From an uncultured Eubacteriales bacterium (GTDB taxonomy: Bacteria; Bacillota; Clostridia; Oscillospirales; Acutalibacteraceae): 29,877 bases of DNA. The stretch spans positions 1 through 29,877 of the forward strand of contig CAYVDQ010000001.1 of NCBI GenBank assembly GCA_964450615.1, written 5' to 3'. The notes under the pieces are model-generated. The model was given only the letters and a program-made list of their open reading frames with translations, was not told the DNA's origin and searched no databases. Each line of letters starts with the position of its first letter. The stretch's first letter is position 1. This document shows, piece after piece, positions 24,483 through 29,877 of the stretch. A program made the position numbers and the translations under genes.

Positions 24483-25424
24483 GTGCGCCGTGCAGGAAGC
24501 TTTTTGCTGGCAGTCTGCGCGCTGTGCTTGCCGTTGTTCGGCTGTGCCGGCAAAAACGCAGACGCGGATGTTTCGATTCGCATAAACGAAGTGCAGACCG
24601 CCGGCGGTGACGCGGATTGGATCGAACTGTACAATGCCGGTACCGCATCGGTGAACCTCGACGGTTGCTTTTTGTCCGACGACGAGGGGTCGCCCGGTAA
24701 ATGGATGTTCCCGAAGGTCTCCTTGGCGGCGGGCGACTACCTGCTTTTGTATGCCGATCAGGCGGACAGCACTACCGAGAGGCTCTCGGTTTCCTTTGCG
24801 CTGAAATCCTCCGGCGAAACGGTGGTGCTCAGCGATCCGAACGGCAACGTGTTGGACCGGGTCGCCGTTCCCGAAAGCATTCCCGGCGTATCCTACGGCC
24901 GCAATGCGAGCGACCGTTTTACGTGGTATGCCGCTCCCACTCCCGGCACCTCGAATGAAAACGGCATGCTCCTCGGAGAGCAGTCCGTCAACGTCGAAAA
25001 CGGCGTGCGGATCAATGAATTCATGTCCCGCAACCGCTCGGTACTGTACGACCGCGACGGCGATTACGGTGACTGGGTGGAGCTGTATAATTTCTCGGAT
25101 ACCCCCCTTGATCTGTCGGGGTATTTTCTCACCGATGCCAAAGACGACGTTCACAAGTGGCAATTTCCCGACGGCGCAACCATTCCTGCCGGCGGGTATC
25201 TTATCGTGTTCTGTTCCGGCAAAACGAGCGGAGAAGGTGAATGGCACGCGTCGTTCAAACTCGGTGAAACGGATTCCTTTTTGGGGCTGTACACCAAAGA
25301 CGGTGCTTTCTGTTCGGGGGTAACCTACCGCGCCACCGAGCAGGATCAGTCGCTTGTCTATACAGAGAGCGGCGACTATGCCGTCTGCGCTTATCCCACA
25401 CCGGGGTATGGTGGTGTGTTATGA
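24483..25424 (+). CDS. Lipoprotein with two lamin-tail (LTD) domains
   Basis: GTG follows an AAAGGAG RBS; lipobox LFGC; two repeats of INE..DW(I/V)ELYN...L.G.FL(S/T)D...W.FP...PTPG. Confidence 0.82.
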   Translation: MRRAGSFLLAVCALCLPLFGCAGKNADADVSIRINEVQTAGGDADWIELYNAGTASVNLDGCFLSDDEGSPGKWMFPKVSLAAGDYLLLYADQADSTTERLSVSFALKSSGETVVLSDPNGNVLDRVAVPESIPGVSYGRNASDRFTWYAAPTPGTSNENGMLLGEQSVNVENGVRINEFMSRNRSVLYDRDGDYGDWVELYNFSDTPLDLSGYFLTDAKDDVHKWQFPDGATIPAGGYLIVFCSGKTSGEGEWHASFKLGETDSFLGLYTKDGAFCSGVTYRATEQDQSLVYTESGDYAVCAYPTPGYGGVL

Positions 25425-27817
25425 AAGAACTGACTCAAAAACAGAGACGGCATCTGTTGATTGGTATTTGCGCTGTCGGGATTCCGCTTTTGTTACTCAC
25501 TTCACTGCTGTGGGGCAACCCTAAGGATACACCCGCCGCCGGGCTGCGCATCAGCGAAGTGATGAATCACAATCGTTCGGTGTATGCAGACGATGACGGC
25601 AACTATCACGACTGGGTGGAAATCCAAAACACGGGCGGCTATACGGTATCGCTGGATGGCTTTTCGGTGACCGACGACCCCGAACGACCGGACAAGTACG
25701 TGTTTGAAAACGTGATATTGAAACCTCAGGAATGTGTTACCGTTCACCTGACAGGTGAAAAAGGTGAATCGCGGGTTTTATACGCGCCGTTCGGACTGGA
25801 CTCGTCGGGCGATACGGTATATTTGTGTGACGGAGAGTCCGTATTGGATCAGTTGACGATCGGTGAATCCCCCGAAAACGTTTCCTACGGACGGCATGAC
25901 GGCGACGACGTTTGGTTTGCCGTGCCCACACCGGGAGAGCCGAACGGCGGTATCTGTGCCGCGACGGTAGCCGAACTGAACACCGTTTCTTATACCGGTA
26001 TCATGATCAGCGAGGCGTGTGCCGTATCCGCCTCCGCCGAGACCGATTGGGTGGAGTTGCACAATACCACCGATAAACCGTTGTCGCTCGACGGATACCG
26101 CCTGACCGAAGCGCCCGAAGACGAGGGGTATCGCTTCCCGAACGTCACCGTTGAGGCGGGCGGATATTATACCGTTGCGTGTGACAGCGAGCTTCCCGAA
26201 GGCATCTCGCCCTGTGCGCCGTTCTCGCTGGATCGGTTCGGGGATACGCTGTATCTGTACACACCAAACGGCGTGCTGTGTGATTCCTTTGAAACCGGCA
26301 AGCAACAGACCGGCATCACCAGCGGCCGTGTCGGTGACGACCGCTCGGTGCGCGTGTATTTTGATGCCCCCACCAAAAACGCCGAAAACGGCACCGGGTA
26401 CTTAGGTTACGCCCCCGCTCCCGTGATTCAGCAGGTCGGCGGGTATGTGGAAGCGGGAACGGCGGTCACCATCACCGTACCGCAGGGCTGTCGGGTGTAT
26501 TACACCCTGAACGGCTCCGTTCCTACCGCGACCGCAAGCGCGTATACGGCGGGACAGACCGTATCCATCACCGAAAGCACCGTGCTGCGTGCGGTCGCGA
26601 TGCGCGACGGCTACCTGCCGAGCGACGTGGTCACGCAGACCTTCCTCACAACTGACCGGCACGAATTGCCGGTGGTCAGCGTATCGGGCGATCACGCCGC
26701 ACTGTTCGGTGCAAACGGCACCTTTACAAACTACAAAAACAAAGCGCTGACCGCCCTTGTACACATGGAGTATTTCACCGAGGACGGCACCAAAGAAATC
26801 GCTTTTGACAGCATCTTGAAAATTTCTGGCGGTGCCAGCCGTGTCAATCCGCAAAAGGCGTTTTCGCTGAAACTCAATCAGACGGTCGGTGTGTCCTCGG
26901 TCACGTATCCGTTCTTTGAGGACAGTACCGTCGACACCTTTTCGGATCTGCTGCTGCGCCCGTCCGGTTCGGACTGGAACGGCGCCAAGCTGCGCGACGA
27001 ATTTGCCGCCACGGCACTGAAAAACACCGAAGACCTGATCATACAATCCGCGCGTCCGGTGGCGTTGTATATCAACGGCGCCTATTACGGCTTGTATTAT
27101 CTGCGGGAAAAGCGCAACGAGGCCTTTGTCAGCTCTTATACCGGCATTCCCGAAGAATACGTGCAAGTGGCGCAAATGCCTTCCGTGTTTGAATCGGGCG
27201 CCAATATGGATCCCGATATGGCAGAACTCATCCGCTATGCGCAAACCAACGATCTGACCGAGCCGGTGCATTACGAACACGTGGTTTCGCAGATCAACGT
27301 CACGTCCCTGATACGGTATTTTGCCATTCAGACCTATCTCGGCAACGGCGATATGATCAACAACGTCGCCTGTTACCGCGACACGCGCGGCGGCAAATGG
27401 AACTGGATCATTTTTGATATGGACTGGGCGTGCACAAGCTTTTACAGCAACCACGAATTTATCCGGCAGTTGTACGACGGCACGGGGCAAAACGCGGTCC
27501 AGAATTATTATTATCCGCTGATGACCGCCCTGTTTAAAAACGAGGACTTTTCCAAGCAATTTGTACGCGAATACAAGCGGTTGATGGACACTACTCTTTC
27601 TGCCGACCGTCTCATTCCGATCCTGGACGAGCTTGCGGATACGATCCGTTCCGAGATCCCGCGCCAGCAGGCGCAGTTCGAGGCTCCCACGACGGCGCGG
27701 TTTGAGCAGCAAGTGACTTACATGCGTACGTTTTTGAACAATCGCAAAACGACCATGATTCGCCAACTGAAAGATGTGTTTTCCCTTTCCGACGAGGACT
27801 GGGATACTTTACAATAA
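25421..27817 (+). CDS. Membrane-anchored LTD-LTD-FN3/CHB_HEX_C-like-CotH kinase family protein
   Basis: N-terminal TM; two LTD repeats (ISE..DWVE); VYYTLNGSVPT..LRAVA; CotH motifs SGGASR..PQK, LRD, LYINGAYYGLY.LRE, GNGD..NN and WIIFDMD. ATGA overlap with the upstream gene. Confidence 0.85.
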   Translation: MKELTQKQRRHLLIGICAVGIPLLLLTSLLWGNPKDTPAAGLRISEVMNHNRSVYADDDGNYHDWVEIQNTGGYTVSLDGFSVTDDPERPDKYVFENVILKPQECVTVHLTGEKGESRVLYAPFGLDSSGDTVYLCDGESVLDQLTIGESPENVSYGRHDGDDVWFAVPTPGEPNGGICAATVAELNTVSYTGIMISEACAVSASAETDWVELHNTTDKPLSLDGYRLTEAPEDEGYRFPNVTVEAGGYYTVACDSELPEGISPCAPFSLDRFGDTLYLYTPNGVLCDSFETGKQQTGITSGRVGDDRSVRVYFDAPTKNAENGTGYLGYAPAPVIQQVGGYVEAGTAVTITVPQGCRVYYTLNGSVPTATASAYTAGQTVSITESTVLRAVAMRDGYLPSDVVTQTFLTTDRHELPVVSVSGDHAALFGANGTFTNYKNKALTALVHMEYFTEDGTKEIAFDSILKISGGASRVNPQKAFSLKLNQTVGVSSVTYPFFEDSTVDTFSDLLLRPSGSDWNGAKLRDEFAATALKNTEDLIIQSARPVALYINGAYYGLYYLREKRNEAFVSSYTGIPEEYVQVAQMPSVFESGANMDPDMAELIRYAQTNDLTEPVHYEHVVSQINVTSLIRYFAIQTYLGNGDMINNVACYRDTRGGKWNWIIFDMDWACTSFYSNHEFIRQLYDGTGQNAVQNYYYPLMTALFKNEDFSKQFVREYKRLMDTTLSADRLIPILDELADTIRSEIPRQQAQFEAPTTARFEQQVTYMRTFLNNRKTTMIRQLKDVFSLSDEDWDTLQ

Positions 27818-27837
27818 CCAATAAAGGAGGATGCGGT

Positions 27838-29877
27838 ATGCTGAAATTGATAATCGGCCGTTCCGGCTCGGGCAAAACGACCGAGCTGTATCGTCAAATG
27901 CGCGAAACTGCCGAAAACAGCGATGCACCGCTGTTCCTTTTGGTGCCCGAGCAGGCATCGTTTGACAACGAGCGCCGCCTGCTGTGCGAATTCGGTCCGT
28001 TGCTTTCGCAACGCGTGCAGGTCTTAAGTTTTACGCGCATGGCAAACGCCGTGTTTCGTCAGATCGGCGGGCTTGCGGGCAAGCGGATGGATCCGACCGT
28101 ATCACTGCTCATCATGAGCCAGGCGTTGCACAGCATTGCCGATTCGCTGACGCTGTATCGCCGCCACGTGGACAACCCCGATTATCTGCGCACCCTGCTG
28201 GATTTCTTATCCGAATGTAAGCAGTGCACCATCACCCCGCAACGGCTCTCGGAAACGGCAAAACAGTTGCCTGAGGGGGCGCTGCGTTCCAAAGCGGAGG
28301 AGACGGCACTGATCTTTGAGGCCTACGAGGCGCTTGTTGCCGATGCCGAGCTTATTGACCCTCAGGATGATTTAACGGTGCTCGCCGAGCGCTTGCCCGA
28401 CTGCACCTTGTTTGACGGCGCGCACGTGTACCTTGACTCGTTCAAAGGGTTCACCGAGCAGGAGATGCTGGTGTTGGATCGGTTGCTTTCACGCGTAGCA
28501 TCCATGACGGTGTGCTTGTGCACCGATACCGTCACCCCTCAAAACACGCTGGGACGGTTTTCGGCGGTGGCGCGTACCGCCACCCGCTTGCGCGATGCGG
28601 CGGCACGGCATCACATGCCGATCGCCGTACCGCAACACCTGACACAAAATCATCGCACCGCCGATCCCGCGCTCACGGCACTGGAGGCGGCGTGCTTTAC
28701 CCCTGCCGCCCTACCGTATGAGGAGCCGACCGACGCGGTGTGCATCACCCCCTGCGCCGACCGCGCGGAGGAATGTCGGTATACTGCCAGAGAGATTCGC
28801 CGTCTTCTTCGTGAACACGGCGGGTATTGCCGCGATTTCACCGTGGTGGCGCGAAGCAGTGCCGATTACAGTGATCTGCTCACCGCCGCGTTGCAGCGGG
28901 AGGGGCTTCCCTGCACACCCGATCTGCGCGAGCCGGTGGTCACACAGCCGATCATCACGTTGATCGAGTCCGCATTTGCGGCGATCGATCGGTGGGACAG
29001 CGCGGATGTTCTGCGCATCGTCAAGACGGGGCTTGCGGGCTTTTCCGCCACCTCCGCCGCACAGCTTGAAAATTACGTCTTTTTATGGAATATATACGGT
29101 AAAAAATGGAAAGTTCCGTTTACCTTGCACCCCGATGGGTTGCAGGCAGAGGTGGATGAGTACTCGACCGAGCGGTTGGAGCGCTTGAATCAACTGCGCC
29201 GCCGTTTGGCGCAGCCGCTCATTCATCTGCAGACACAGCTCGACGGCAACCATACCGGCAGAGAGTTTGCCACCGCGGTATGGAACTATTTGCAAAAGAT
29301 GCGCGTGCCGCGCATGGTGCGACTGCAGGTCGCGCGCTTAAAACACGCGGGAGAACTGCATGCCGCGGAGCAGCAGGCGCGGATGTGGGACTACGTCGTT
29401 GCCCTGCTGGATAAGTTTGCTGCGCTTACCACGCCCTCCACCGTCAAGCAGTTTGCCGCCTTGTGGCATTTGGCGGTGTCGTCGGATGATCTCGGCAGTA
29501 TCCCGCCGACGTTGGACGGTGTGAATTTCGGGTCTGCCAACCGTATTCGGTATACCGCCCCGCGGACCGTGTTTATTCTTGGGGCGAATGAGGGGGTCTT
29601 CCCCGCCTACCCGCCGACGGGCGGTTTATTAAACGATCATGAACGGCGGCAGCTTACAGCCCTCGGTCTGCCGATGGCGGACGATGCCGATCACCAAACC
29701 GCCGAGGAACGCTACTATGCGTATATGGCGGTTGCCGCGCCGTCCGAGCGGCTGGTTATCACCTACGTGCAGGCGGCGGCAGGCGAAGCACAGCAGCCGT
29801 CCTCGCTGGTGAATACCGTTCGGCAGATTCTGCCGAAGTGTACGATCGGGACCGCCGCCGCTGTCGGCGCGTGTGAG
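27838..29877 (+). CDS. addB: ATP-dependent helicase/nuclease subunit B (5' part; runs off the window end)
   Basis: AAGGAGG RBS; MLKLIIGRSGSGKT Walker A, LLVPEQASF, VQVLSFTRMA, DSFKGFT.QE, LENYV, GANEGVFP and EERYYAY. Absent from the ORF track, consistent with no stop inside the window. Confidence 0.92.
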   Translation, partial: MLKLIIGRSGSGKTTELYRQMRETAENSDAPLFLLVPEQASFDNERRLLCEFGPLLSQRVQVLSFTRMANAVFRQIGGLAGKRMDPTVSLLIMSQALHSIADSLTLYRRHVDNPDYLRTLLDFLSECKQCTITPQRLSETAKQLPEGALRSKAEETALIFEAYEALVADAELIDPQDDLTVLAERLPDCTLFDGAHVYLDSFKGFTEQEMLVLDRLLSRVASMTVCLCTDTVTPQNTLGRFSAVARTATRLRDAAARHHMPIAVPQHLTQNHRTADPALTALEAACFTPAALPYEEPTDAVCITPCADRAEECRYTAREIRRLLREHGGYCRDFTVVARSSADYSDLLTAALQREGLPCTPDLREPVVTQPIITLIESAFAAIDRWDSADVLRIVKTGLAGFSATSAAQLENYVFLWNIYGKKWKVPFTLHPDGLQAEVDEYSTERLERLNQLRRRLAQPLIHLQTQLDGNHTGREFATAVWNYLQKMRVPRMVRLQVARLKHAGELHAAEQQARMWDYVVALLDKFAALTTPSTVKQFAALWHLAVSSDDLGSIPPTLDGVNFGSANRIRYTAPRTVFILGANEGVFPAYPPTGGLLNDHERRQLTALGLPMADDADHQTAEERYYAYMAVAAPSERLVITYVQAAAGEAQQPSSLVNTVRQILPKCTIGTAAAVGACE

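Noticed and set aside
25380..25460. Frameshifted single LTD-CotH gene
   Set aside because: The second ORF has its own N-terminal basic-plus-hydrophobic anchor and an ATGA coupling, consistent with two real genes.
6783..27766. Long antisense ORFs (e.g. 6783-8108, 9642-10604, 15227-16216, 18154-19506, 24348-25247, 26402-27766)
   Set aside because: These are shadow frames opposite well-supported genes, expected with GC-biased codon usage.

Overview
Chromosomal window of an anaerobic Firmicute. Gene content, sigma-A promoters, AddB and a sortase suggest a Clostridia/Oscillospiraceae-like host (inference). Left to right: a repeat-rich intergenic block; an AT-rich acyltransferase-3 gene; an 8-gene aryl-acid/aromatic amino acid operon (Na+/solute symporter, paaK, iorA, iorB, second paaK, ACT protein, amidohydrolase, PLP aminotransferase); a ~2.5-kb integrase-less islet inserted into the aminotransferase 3' end (110-bp direct repeats, a mosaic of GTAG-type REP hairpins and structured repeats, and a GH3 NagZ-like glycosidase); ygiQ-like radical SAM and DmpA-like peptidase; glgB; glnA; a FliB-like gene and cysK; tRNA-Gly(CCC); DUF1294; a sortase cassette whose putative substrate has a non-canonical VKKTD motif; a divergent lamin-tail-domain lipoprotein plus LTD/CotH kinase pair; and the 5' part of addB, which is missing from the ORF track. 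The most unusual signals are the gene-end-replacing islet, the REP and structured-repeat families found at both positions 1-345 and 10632-11160, and the sortase/LTD-CotH surface locus. All calls come from reading motifs by eye; no database searches were run.
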